In this document: piece by piece, positions 10,157-18,988 of the stretch
Position numbering within the stretch: position 1 is the stretch's first letter
Layout of the letters: every line of letters starts with the position of its first letter
Source of the DNA: a virus
Lineage: Duplodnaviria > Caudoviricetes
Virus record (IMG/VR): IMGVR_UViG_3300018420_000018
Coordinates: 1 to 60,935 of that record
DNA: 60,935 nucleotides
Reading direction: 5' to 3' (one strand)
Translations under genes and position numbers: made by a program
The notes under the pieces: model-generated
Database searches by the model: none
Seen by the model: the letters and a program-made list of their open reading frames with translations, nothing else
Told to the model about the DNA's origin: nothing

Positions 10157-11203
10157 TTAACTTGCATCGGTCACCTTATCTTCACTAAATGTTGAAGGTG
10201 CGCCGTCATCATAAAAAGTCACGGTTTCTGCAACCACGAATGTATCGCCTGGGTCTACAGAACCTACAAATTTCAATACAGTGTCTTCACTTATAGTCAC
10301 TGCATTACTTAAAACTACTGCAAGTCTATCACCTGCAATAGAGGAAACAGTTGGGTTTGTTGATAAGTTTGTTCCAAACACCTCGTCTCCTACACTTATC
10401 TTACTATTTATTGCAGTATCAAAAGTCACTGAAGTAGAACTAGAAACTACGTTTGCAGTTTCACCAAATGCAGGTTCGTAGTGTTTTACTTCTTTCACTA
10501 GACCTGATTCGTCTATCTGACTTGTTGTAAATAATCCAGTTGCACTGTTTATATAATCTCTCTCAATTACATTTTTAATTACACTACCAGTGTAAACAGG
10601 GCCGAAGTAATTGAGTTTCATTGTAAATTCTAATGTATATTCAATCACTCTTCTTTCTTCAAAAGTTCCTTCGTATTGGTCTTCCATATTTACACTATTC
10701 AATATAATTGGAACGTCTCTATAGTCGGTCATAGAATCAATCATTTTCATAGTGACTGTATATTCGGGTTGGAAGTATGGTAAAATCTGTTCTACAATTT
10801 GCAATGCATCAGACATATTCTTTGCAAGAATACTTAAACTAAATGTAATGTTATAAGGTGCAGGTTGATACTGATAAGAACGATTAGTTCCGTCTGATTC
10901 TAATGTAGATTTTTGGTGTCTAATTAATTTATTTTGTTGTCTTGTTGCATCATACTCAAATCCTGAAATTTGAAATGCAATTCTAGGTAATGATATTGCA
11001 GTTCTATTACCATCAGTTAGATTGGGTTCTTCTGCAAGTCTCTGTAAAAACTTCTGTTTAGGGCCGTATGATATAGGAACTTTTTGTTCAGTTAAAATTG
11101 TCCCATCTTCTTTGATTTTCTTTACTGTAATATTATTGAATAGTGTTCCAAAAATGGAGACAGCACGTTTTGTAGTTTCATTATAAAAAAATGTACCAAA
11201 CAT
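10157..11203 (-). CDS. gp15: Tail sheath stabilizer / completion protein
   Basis: FGTLFNNI, VPISYGPKQKFL, LPRIAF, QIVEQILPYFQP. Confidence 0.93.
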   Translation of the reverse strand: MFGTFFYNETTKRAVSIFGTLFNNITVKKIKEDGTILTEQKVPISYGPKQKFLQRLAEEPNLTDGNRTAISLPRIAFQISGFEYDATRQQNKLIRHQKSTLESDGTNRSYQYQPAPYNITFSLSILAKNMSDALQIVEQILPYFQPEYTVTMKMIDSMTDYRDVPIILNSVNMEDQYEGTFEERRVIEYTLEFTMKLNYFGPVYTGSVIKNVIERDYINSATGLFTTSQIDESGLVKEVKHYEPAFGETANVVSSSTSVTFDTAINSKISVGDEVFGTNLSTNPTVSSIAGDRLAVVLSNAVTISEDTVLKFVGSVDPGDTFVVAETVTFYDDGAPSTFSEDKVTDAS

Positions 11204-12060
11204 TATGTGACCTCACCGAAAGGATTTGTCTCCGAGAAGTCTAAGTAGTTATCTGCTTTATCTTCAAATTCTTTATTTTGTGAATTACCATCGTTAGACA
11301 TTGTAAGGATATCTGTAATTGAACCGATTGTATACGATGCACCATCTGTTGCACCAACAAGAGTATCACCGACTTGAAGTGTTGTAGTGTTATCTTTAAT
11401 TGTAAGTTTTCTGTCATCAGGTGACCATGATACAACCTCTCCAACAACTGCACTGTTAAGAGTAAGGTTTTCATTTGCATAGTAAATTCCACTTCCACCC
11501 GAGTTCATTGTCATTTCTATAGTATATGCTTGTTGGTCTTCTACTAGGTCTATGTTTATATTACCAGTATCAAAGTCTTCACCACTGTATTCAAATAATT
11601 CACATTGCAGTTTAAATACAAATAATTTACCAACTTGATAGAAAGGATTTTCATGTTCTACAAATTTAACTTCAAACAAAGAACCACTTAATGGAAAGTG
11701 TATTAAATCACCTTCGTTTGGTCTTAGAGAAGTTGCAAGGTTTGAATCTAACGAAATAAATCTCTCCCAACTTCTAAGTGATATAATAAAGGTTGCAGTA
11801 TCCCTTACTTGTACACCGAACTTACTGAATAGGTCTCCTTCTCCTTCAAACCCGTCTGTATTTTCTATATACATTTCAACACTATATGAATCACCAAATT
11901 TAGATTGTACGTCTTCACCTAAAATAGAATCTTCCTCTACAATCTCTCTTGGTAGATAAAATGTTTCATGTCCATACATTCTAAGAGACTCAACAACTAA
12001 ATCCTCATAAAGGTGTTGTTCAGTATTGACTGCATGGTTGAAAAAAACGTTTGTTGGCAT
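11203..12060 (-). CDS. gp14: Neck protein
   Basis: LVVESLRMYG..YLPR, PNEGDLI.FP, FEVKFVEHE.PFYQ.G, DFSETNPFG. Confidence 0.95.
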   Translation of the reverse strand: MPTNVFFNHAVNTEQHLYEDLVVESLRMYGHETFYLPREIVEEDSILGEDVQSKFGDSYSVEMYIENTDGFEGEGDLFSKFGVQVRDTATFIISLRSWERFISLDSNLATSLRPNEGDLIHFPLSGSLFEVKFVEHENPFYQVGKLFVFKLQCELFEYSGEDFDTGNINIDLVEDQQAYTIEMTMNSGGSGIYYANENLTLNSAVVGEVVSWSPDDRKLTIKDNTTTLQVGDTLVGATDGASYTIGSITDILTMSNDGNSQNKEFEDKADNYLDFSETNPFGEVT

Positions 12061-12064
12061 ATAT

Positions 12065-12880
12065 CTATCCCATTAAATCCATGACTGGCATTTCAAAATT
12101 CAGTCTAGATTCTTCTTCTAATCTTATAATCTCTTCTTGTGCTTCTGTTTTAATTTGTTGTGCATCAAGTGTCACACCACCAGGCAGTGCAATACCTTGG
12201 AACTTAGAGAGGTTTTCCCCCCATTGATATTTTACTTTAGCAGTTGCATATTTCTTTAACCACATATCGTTGTATACATCTGTAAAATCTGTTGGGTCTA
12301 TCTTCCTATAACATTCAACTATAATGTATTCTCCTGCACTTAACTTCGCAGTTGTGTAATCTAAATATAATCTATTTTGATGTGCATTATATCTAATAGG
12401 AACTTGACCAACCAACATATCATTAATTAGTTTTATGTGTTGTTGAACTTGTGAGTAATACAGAATACTGGTTGAAGTTAAATCCCATAGGTCATTTAAT
12501 CTTAATTGATATTGTATATCAAACATACTTGAAGTTTGACCTGAATGAAAAGGAAAAACTCTAAGAACACTTATAACATGTTCAGGTAGTGTAATATAAC
12601 TTTTACTTTCACCATATGATTGTCCTGCAATCGCTTGTGTTCCACTTGTTGAACCTGTAAGGGTATCATTTGTCCCAAAAGATGTAATCTCTTCTGCAGT
12701 TAATTGGTGTTTTAAATATGTCTTAATATTACCATTGTAATGATATTCATGAAAGTATTGTAGTGCTTCATCAATTCTATCATCCAATTGGTCGTCATCT
12801 ACATTAATTTCAAGAACAGGAGCACCAAGAGCCCTCTTAATATACTCTTTTAATGTACTTTTTGAATTTGGTGATGCCAT
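12065..12880 (-). CDS. gp13: Neck protein
   Basis: LGAPVLEINV..DQ, WLKKYATA.VK.QWG.NL.KF, LPGGVTL. Confidence 0.95.
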   Translation of the reverse strand: MASPNSKSTLKEYIKRALGAPVLEINVDDDQLDDRIDEALQYFHEYHYNGNIKTYLKHQLTAEEITSFGTNDTLTGSTSGTQAIAGQSYGESKSYITLPEHVISVLRVFPFHSGQTSSMFDIQYQLRLNDLWDLTSTSILYYSQVQQHIKLINDMLVGQVPIRYNAHQNRLYLDYTTAKLSAGEYIIVECYRKIDPTDFTDVYNDMWLKKYATAKVKYQWGENLSKFQGIALPGGVTLDAQQIKTEAQEEIIRLEEESRLNFEMPVMDLMG

Positions 12881-12911
12881 AATATTCCTGTAGTAAATTT
12901 GTGTCTACTAC

Positions 12912-12919
12912 TATTTATA
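12912..12919 (-). promoter_or_regulatory. Late promoter upstream of gp13
   Basis: Exact TATAAATA about 31 nt upstream; AGGA SD present. Confidence 0.75.
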
Positions 12920-12931
12920 CTAATTGGGAAC

Positions 12932-13192
12932 CTATTCTTGGAAGTAAGTCTTAGATTGGAGTCTATCTATTTTTTCGTCTATTCTAGTCATAGTAGCCAT
13001 TATTCTTTCAAAGTCTGCTTCAATTTGGTCTCTTGTGACATATTCTTTAGCGAGTTCTTCTCTAGTTTTGTTTACAAGGATATCAAGTCTCTTTTGTTCA
13101 GATAAAATACTACGAACTAGAAATCCTAAAGGTGCTAGAACGAATGTTAATAAGAGATTCCAAAGTAGATGTGTATCGATTACTATTTCCAT
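12932..13192 (-). CDS. Small membrane protein (one N-terminal TM plus coiled coil), possibly holin-like
   Basis: Hydrophobic LLWNLLLTFVLAPLGFLV then heptad pattern; preceded by TCTAAATA-N5-ATG. Confidence 0.55.
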   Translation of the reverse strand: MEIVIDTHLLWNLLLTFVLAPLGFLVRSILSEQKRLDILVNKTREELAKEYVTRDQIEADFERIMATMTRIDEKIDRLQSKTYFQE

Positions 13193-13209
13193 ACTACTAT
13201 TTAGAATAG

Positions 13210-13914
13210 TTAATCGGTTATAATGTCTCCATTTGGACGAATGTTATAGACAAATTCATCATCATTATAATTGTTTATATTACCACTATGTCCATCAGGT
13301 GAAGTGTACTTCATTTCGATATTGAAGGAAATACTATATCTATCTTTTTGAGTAGGATTTGGTTCAACCATATGCATGAGACCACTTGGAAATAAAATAA
13401 GTTTACCACTTCTTGGTTCAAATCCTTTACTTGTTGCAGTTCTAGGTGAGTTTGGAAAATCTGCAACTACTTTTGGATGAGTGTCAATCATTTCTATATG
13501 ACCTTCATCACCGTCTGCCTTTATATAAAACACACCACTATACCAACAACCATTGTGTAAGTGTGGTTTGTTCCATGCAAGGTGGTCATTAATATTCGCC
13601 CATGAATTACCGATATGCATTTGTGCTTTGTGTCGGTCTAATCCATGGAAAGGCCATACTTCGTCATAGAATGTAGTTTGTATTCTATTCATTAATTTTT
13701 GAAATGCAGGATTAGACTCACAACCATCATGTGATTGCCATCCAGTATATGCATTTGAAAGTTTTCTACCTTGTGGGTCTTTTCTTCTCATACCATCCAT
13801 AGTATCTACAAGAAGGTCTAAGTAGTTTTGGTCTATTCCACGGTTTTCATCTAGATTGGAGTCTAGTAAATCTCTTTCAAATACGTAAGTTGGAAATAAT
13901 AATCTAACGGACAT
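13210..13914 (-). CDS. 2OG-Fe(II) oxygenase (TIGR02466-like); start reassigned to MSVRLLFPT
   Basis: LFPT start, SWANIN, H-x-H (PHLH), SGVFYIK, LILFPS.L.H.V.PN, RYSISFN. Confidence 0.85.
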   Translation of the reverse strand: MSVRLLFPTYVFERDLLDSNLDENRGIDQNYLDLLVDTMDGMRRKDPQGRKLSNAYTGWQSHDGCESNPAFQKLMNRIQTTFYDEVWPFHGLDRHKAQMHIGNSWANINDHLAWNKPHLHNGCWYSGVFYIKADGDEGHIEMIDTHPKVVADFPNSPRTATSKGFEPRSGKLILFPSGLMHMVEPNPTQKDRYSISFNIEMKYTSPDGHSGNINNYNDDEFVYNIRPNGDIITD

Positions 13915-14794
13915 CGAAATCAAACTCCAATTGTGTCTCTTCTGATTCTTCTTTATTGTGAAAAGGACATTCAGGTGGTGGTGAATCTTCCTTATATAGT
14001 TTACCTTTCGGTTTCCAATATCCTCTTCTACGATATGCACCAAATTCCTTTACACTATTTTCATCAAATTCTGTTAATTGACTCCACTCTTGCATAGATT
14101 TATTAGTTGGAACTGTTCTATCAAACTCTGAAGTTCCAGTTGCACGATTGTCTATCCAAGATTTATGTGTATTTACTATATAGGATGCATTCCATTTTTC
14201 TCTTTTATATGGTATAATTTGACAAAGTGGAGTTCCCTTTGGTATTACAAAAGAGTGGTCTACTTTCGGATAAAATATAATTTGTGCATTATCCATACCA
14301 ACATTAAAAGTGTCGGTATCGATTATACCCTGCCAACATGCAAAGTGATTATTTTGAAATAAAAATGGGTCTAAGTAAAAACAAGAATAACCTTCAGGTG
14401 TTTTGATATTCCATGGGTTTCTCATTTTAAATGCATCTTTAATTGGTTTGTCTTCACCCAAATATTCAAATGCATCTAAAGTTTGGGTAATAGGGTGACT
14501 TGAGGAGTTATAACCACTATCGTGTGGGTCATAAGTTGCAAAGGTTTTTTTACCTTTATCGTCTCCACCTATACCATTTATTACATGTATATCTCTATTT
14601 GATAAAAGTATCCAACCACTCTTTAACCAATCGTCCATTGCAGGACATGAACGTATAGTTTGTTGAACCATACCTCTAGTGAGTTCTCCTGCCTTTGCAC
14701 GTTTCCACCAATCAGGCTGAATAGAACTTGCAAGGACTGGTTTAAAGTCCCTTAATGTTTCTTTATTATATGTGTGAAACTCTATCGTTGGCAT
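13904..14794 (-). CDS. Conserved phage hypothetical protein (DUF6065-like), often found beside 2OG oxygenases
   Basis: P.WWK, RSCPAMDD, FKMRNPW.IKTPEGYS, GIIDTD, IPKGTPL.QIIP motifs. Confidence 0.6.
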   Translation of the reverse strand: MPTIEFHTYNKETLRDFKPVLASSIQPDWWKRAKAGELTRGMVQQTIRSCPAMDDWLKSGWILLSNRDIHVINGIGGDDKGKKTFATYDPHDSGYNSSSHPITQTLDAFEYLGEDKPIKDAFKMRNPWNIKTPEGYSCFYLDPFLFQNNHFACWQGIIDTDTFNVGMDNAQIIFYPKVDHSFVIPKGTPLCQIIPYKREKWNASYIVNTHKSWIDNRATGTSEFDRTVPTNKSMQEWSQLTEFDENSVKEFGAYRRRGYWKPKGKLYKEDSPPPECPFHNKEESEETQLEFDFDVR

Positions 14795-15485
14795 GAAAAA
14801 ATTCTTCCTCGTCTACTAATCTTACTTCGTCTCCTCGTAAAACTAGAGACCTTCTATCAATATATCTTGCAGATGATGTGGGTGCATCTGCACCATGTGG
14901 TATTCTACCATCAAATATAATCAACCTGTTTGGTTTAAATTCTATTTCTGCAATTTGGTGGTTTTCAATATGTTCTTGTCTACCGTCTAAACCTTGTTGC
15001 ATTTCATTATATAGTCTTAATTTACCACCCCAATTTTTATTCCAAAATTTATTAGTGTAATATAAGAATGATAAATTCCACTCATCTTCATCTTGACAAT
15101 CTGCGTGAGTTGTTCCTTGTAAACCTTGAGTTTGAGAATTAAGTCCCATATATTGAAATCTTACCCACTTAAATCCAAACTCAGTTTGCAATCTTCTGTT
15201 TAGATAATATGGAAATATAGTATGGAGTTTATCCATATCTTTTTCTAATTTCATACCATCTCTGAAATAAGTTGCACCCCAAAAACTATGGTGAGGTAAA
15301 CCTGTAGGACTTCCACTACTGACTTGATTAGTCTTAGACCATATATTTTCTCTTACAATGTAATCGTCAAAATGATGATGTAGTTCGGTTGCAAGATAAT
15401 TATCTAAGACATAGACATCTTTAAGAGGTAAGTCTTTTATTTTGAAGGGTTCATCGATATGAACAACTTTTACGTCATCAAACAT
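14766..15485 (-). CDS. 2OG-Fe(II) oxygenase, prolyl-4-hydroxylase-like
   Basis: H-x-D (THAD), LYY...W..NWGG.L, FKPNRLIIFDG.IPH, distal R-x-S. Confidence 0.85.
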   Translation of the reverse strand: MFDDVKVVHIDEPFKIKDLPLKDVYVLDNYLATELHHHFDDYIVRENIWSKTNQVSSGSPTGLPHHSFWGATYFRDGMKLEKDMDKLHTIFPYYLNRRLQTEFGFKWVRFQYMGLNSQTQGLQGTTHADCQDEDEWNLSFLYYTNKFWNKNWGGKLRLYNEMQQGLDGRQEHIENHQIAEIEFKPNRLIIFDGRIPHGADAPTSSARYIDRRSLVLRGDEVRLVDEEEFFHANDRVSHI

Positions 15486-15488
15486 ATA

Positions 15489-16046
15489 CTACCTTTCATG
15501 GTCGGGTAGTAATGATGCCTGAGGTAATTGATTTAGATAATCTTGTATTGGTTTTAAATGGTCTTCTCTAGTTGCAAAAATTTCATTTACTAATTGGTCG
15601 TAGATTACATATTGTGAATCTGCAAACTCTAGTACTCTTCTTGCATTAGACCTATATGGGTGATTTGAACCTTCTCTACCTGCAAACGTGACTTCAGTTA
15701 AATCATCAAATCCATAGTTATCAAGAAAATTTGCAATATTACCTTTTACTTCGTCAACTAAGTCTTGTACATATTGATTGTTTAATGTGACTCCTGCAGG
15801 AGGTTCAGAATTTTCAATATAGTTTTCTATAATTTCTTTTTCAGGATTTGTTAATGGTCTTTTGACTTGGTCATCAAAACATTTATCATCATCCCATTTT
15901 TCAATTACGATTTCTATATCATCGTATACTAATACATCAAAATCAAAACCTAGTTCAGGTTGGTCTGTATTATCAAACTCGTATTGTAAACCATTAGGTT
16001 TTCTAATAATAAGTTTTTGGTCTTCCGTGTAAATTAGTGCGTTCAT
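15489..16046 (-). CDS. Hypothetical acidic protein, possibly fibre-assembly chaperone; start probably MNALIYT
   Basis: ORF with host-type promoter just upstream of ATG 16046; function inferred from context only. Confidence 0.55.
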   Translation of the reverse strand: MNALIYTEDQKLIIRKPNGLQYEFDNTDQPELGFDFDVLVYDDIEIVIEKWDDDKCFDDQVKRPLTNPEKEIIENYIENSEPPAGVTLNNQYVQDLVDEVKGNIANFLDNYGFDDLTEVTFAGREGSNHPYRSNARRVLEFADSQYVIYDQLVNEIFATREDHLKPIQDYLNQLPQASLLPDHER

Positions 16047-16052
16047 ACTGTT

Positions 16053-16081
16053 ATTATACCTCAATATTGATTAAATTACAA
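16053..16081 (-). promoter_or_regulatory. Sigma70-like promoter TTGTAA-N17-TATAAT
   Basis: Perfect -10, near-consensus -35, 17-nt spacer; ATG 6 nt after -10. Confidence 0.65.
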
Positions 16082-17653
16082 GGGTAATTTATCTTTTACT
16101 CTCTTGTAGTATTCTAAATTATTTATGCGACTAGAATCCATCCCATCTATCCAAGGGCCTCCTCTAGTGTAGTGAACTGCAGAGAAATCCCATTTTACTT
16201 CAGGGTCATCATATCCTTCAACAAAAATATACTTTTCAGGTATTGGAGATATCTTATCAGTCCATTCAAACTGATGTAATTGAGCACCAGTCCAAGTGTT
16301 CACAACTTCAGGTGTAAGTTTTCTACAATCCTCATGACCATTGTTAAAGAACATCATAGAAGACCACAACTTACATGGGTAATCTATATTCACTTCACCA
16401 TCAAACTTAGTTTCATCGTGTTTCATTTGTGGATACTTAATACATGCAACTGCATCATCTGTATTTAAATAATAGAACATAGGAAGTAGAGATTTGTTAA
16501 AGATAAAATCATCATCTATAAACATACTAAATCCTTCGTAGTTCTCTAAATATGGAATTAAAAATCTACTGTATGTAAACCATGTTGATTGATTTGCATA
16601 TGGTCTTGTATATTCAGGAATTTTTGATACATCTAAAAATTTAATTTCAGGTACAAACTTATTGTAGTCTACAAATCTACCTCCTCCGATAGATTTTTGT
16701 ATACTATCTAAAATAGATTCTTTACATACTTGTTCTAAACCATTGTGTCTACTATCATATCCGATGTAGATGTTTAGTGGTTTACCTTTAGATAATTTTG
16801 TGACTTTCTCACTATGTTCCCAAACATACTTTCTAAAATCTACATTACTGAAATCGACTTGAAACTCTATGGTACCCATTGTCCATATTGCAGACAATCC
16901 TTTATACTTTGGTTTTCTTTTACCATTTAATACTTTATCTTTCCAGTATTCTAAACATTCCTTGACACCGATTGGTTCTGCAGGTATAATATCATGTGTA
17001 TCCCATAATAGTAATTCATGATTAGGGTCTTCCATTTCCTCAAAACAACCTGACCTTACAGAGCCTGGGTGAATCATTAATTGTATTCTATCACCCGAAC
17101 TTTGTGTAAGACCTTGTATAGGTGCCCATAAACCTTCTTCTTGAATACTCTGTATCAACCAATGTCCTTTTGCACTATGATAATACATAGAGTTCAATGC
17201 AATTGGAAAATCTTCTGCATCAAAATCACCCGACTGCAATTCTTCTCCTGCATAGTCTTTTATATCAACCTCTTTATCTGTTAAAGGTTCTGATACTGCA
17301 AATTTAGTAGAGGGAGCACCATGTTCGTTGATAGAACCTGATGTATAAATTTCGGGTAAGAATCTATGATATGAGTTTGCTTGGAATCTTAAACCTTGCC
17401 ATCCTATTAGTTCACCACTTCTTCTTAAAGGTTCTAAATCAGACCACTTACATAACTTAAGGGGAGGCATGTTTTCAAACATGTATTCTAGAACTTTTAT
17501 AAATTCTGAATCATAATCGATATTTTCTAAATTATCTAATTGACCTAAATGCCACTGGTCTAAGTCTCTTCTTTCCTTATGATTAAGGTCTTTGAATGAC
17601 TCGGGAAATGTTAAAAATTGTTTAGTTTGCTCTAGAGTTTTGAGTTTGTCCAT
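16076..17653 (-). CDS. Two-domain protein: unknown / ParB-like N-terminus plus GT-A (GT8/CDI-like) glycosyltransferase
   Basis: IYIGYDSR, STWFTYSRFLIPYL, DxD (FIDDDFIF), KLWSSMMFFN, HYTRGGPW. Confidence 0.8.
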   Translation of the reverse strand: MDKLKTLEQTKQFLTFPESFKDLNHKERRDLDQWHLGQLDNLENIDYDSEFIKVLEYMFENMPPLKLCKWSDLEPLRRSGELIGWQGLRFQANSYHRFLPEIYTSGSINEHGAPSTKFAVSEPLTDKEVDIKDYAGEELQSGDFDAEDFPIALNSMYYHSAKGHWLIQSIQEEGLWAPIQGLTQSSGDRIQLMIHPGSVRSGCFEEMEDPNHELLLWDTHDIIPAEPIGVKECLEYWKDKVLNGKRKPKYKGLSAIWTMGTIEFQVDFSNVDFRKYVWEHSEKVTKLSKGKPLNIYIGYDSRHNGLEQVCKESILDSIQKSIGGGRFVDYNKFVPEIKFLDVSKIPEYTRPYANQSTWFTYSRFLIPYLENYEGFSMFIDDDFIFNKSLLPMFYYLNTDDAVACIKYPQMKHDETKFDGEVNIDYPCKLWSSMMFFNNGHEDCRKLTPEVVNTWTGAQLHQFEWTDKISPIPEKYIFVEGYDDPEVKWDFSAVHYTRGGPWIDGMDSSRINNLEYYKRVKDKLPL

Positions 17654-17688
17654 AATATAAAATATCCTCTTTACACGTATTTAGTGTG

Positions 17689-18657
17689 TTAAGAAGATAT
17701 AGGTGTTCCTGGCCATGATTGTTGTAATGCACCATCCCATCTAATCACTGGTGTTCTACCTTGTCTAGCATACGTTGCAGGTTGTCTGTTCTGATATGTA
17801 AACGGTGTTTGACCTTGTCTTGCATATGTACCAGGCTGTCTGTTTTGATACGTAAACGGTGTTCTACCTTGTCTTTCATATGTACCAGGCTGTCTGTTCT
17901 GATATGTAAACGGTGTTTGACCTTGTCTTTCATATGTACTAGGTTGTCTGTTCTGATATGTAAACGGTGTTTGTGCATTCACTGGATTCTGATATGTTCC
18001 AGGCTGTCTATTCTGATAAGTGAATGGTGTTTGTGCATTCACTGGATTCTGATATGTTCCAGGCTGTCTATTCTGATATGTGAAAGGAGTTCTACCTTGT
18101 CTTGCATATGTACCAGGCTGTCTGTTTTGATACGTAAACGGTGTTCTACCAGTTCTTTGATATGTACCAGGCTGTCTGTTTTGATACGTAAACGGTGTTC
18201 TACCAGTTCTTTGATATGTACTAGGTTGTCTGTTCTGATACGTAAATGGAACACGATAAGATACTGGATTTCTATAAGTAAATGGTGACCTATTATTATA
18301 TGTAAACGGTATCTGATAGGATACTGGGTTTCTATAAGTGAATGGTGACCTATTCTGATATGTAAAAGGTAATTGGTATCCTACAGGGTTTCTATATGTA
18401 AAAGGAGACCTTGCGTTATATGTGAACGGTAATTGGTATCCTACAGGGTTTCTGTATGTAAATGGTGACCTATTATTATATGTAAAAGGTTGTCTCGCAT
18501 TCGCAATGTAAGGTACACGATATGTAAATGGTACCCTATAAGTGGAAGGTTGTCTTGCGTTGGCAATATATGGTACTCTATAGGTAAAGGGAACCCTATA
18601 CGTAGAAGGTTGTCTCGCATTTCCTATATTTGGTACTTGATAATTTCCTATTGCCAT
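17689..18657 (-). CDS. PFTY-repeat protein, short partner of pair A (putative fibre strand)
   Basis: 322 aa, of which 294 aa are 18/20-aa tandem repeats; starts MAIG. Confidence 0.85.
   Translation of the reverse strand: MAIGNYQVPNIGNARQPSTYRVPFTYRVPYIANARQPSTYRVPFTYRVPYIANARQPFTYNNRSPFTYRNPVGYQLPFTYNARSPFTYRNPVGYQLPFTYQNRSPFTYRNPVSYQIPFTYNNRSPFTYRNPVSYRVPFTYQNRQPSTYQRTGRTPFTYQNRQPGTYQRTGRTPFTYQNRQPGTYARQGRTPFTYQNRQPGTYQNPVNAQTPFTYQNRQPGTYQNPVNAQTPFTYQNRQPSTYERQGQTPFTYQNRQPGTYERQGRTPFTYQNRQPGTYARQGQTPFTYQNRQPATYARQGRTPVIRWDGALQQSWPGTPISS
17752..18633 (-). repeat. Coding tandem repeat array with 54/60-nt units
   Basis: Units such as PFTYQNRQPGTYxRQGxT and PFTYNNRSPFTYRNPVGYQL with synonymous variation. 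Confidence 0.95.
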
Positions 18658-18668
18658 TTAAATTATTC

Positions 18669-18971
18669 CTAGGTTATTTCCTTTAAAATTCCTCTTATGT
18701 CTCTATATTTGTTTTCTATAGTTCTCTGACCTTCAGGCATTTCATCTATAGGATAATAATATGATTCTCTGATAATATCGTTTGCAATCAAAGCTTCATG
18801 AGTTTGTAGTGCTTCTGTTGCAGACTCCATATCGACATCTGAACCCACTGTAAAATTAGTTAAATTTATTTTTAAGTCTAATTCATAATCAACACCATTT
18901 ACAGTAATCTGATTTAAAGGATTACTTTGAAGGTATTGTATTCCGTTTTCTGTAATTATTTCTACTGACAT
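18669..18971 (-). CDS. Hypothetical 100-aa protein between the pair A repeat genes
   Basis: ORF with GAGGA SD, tightly packed between neighbours. Confidence 0.7.
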   Translation of the reverse strand: MSVEIITENGIQYLQSNPLNQITVNGVDYELDLKINLTNFTVGSDVDMESATEALQTHEALIANDIIRESYYYPIDEMPEGQRTIENKYRDIRGILKEIT

Positions 18972-18988
18972 TTAATTCTTCCTCATTA

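Noticed and set aside
13915-14043. Track's long N-terminus of the 277-aa oxygenase (similarly 52141-52206 of gp4 and 54923-54973 of gp51)
   Set aside because: Overlaps neighbouring genes and precedes the family-typical start; downstream starts or a frameshift are more plausible.
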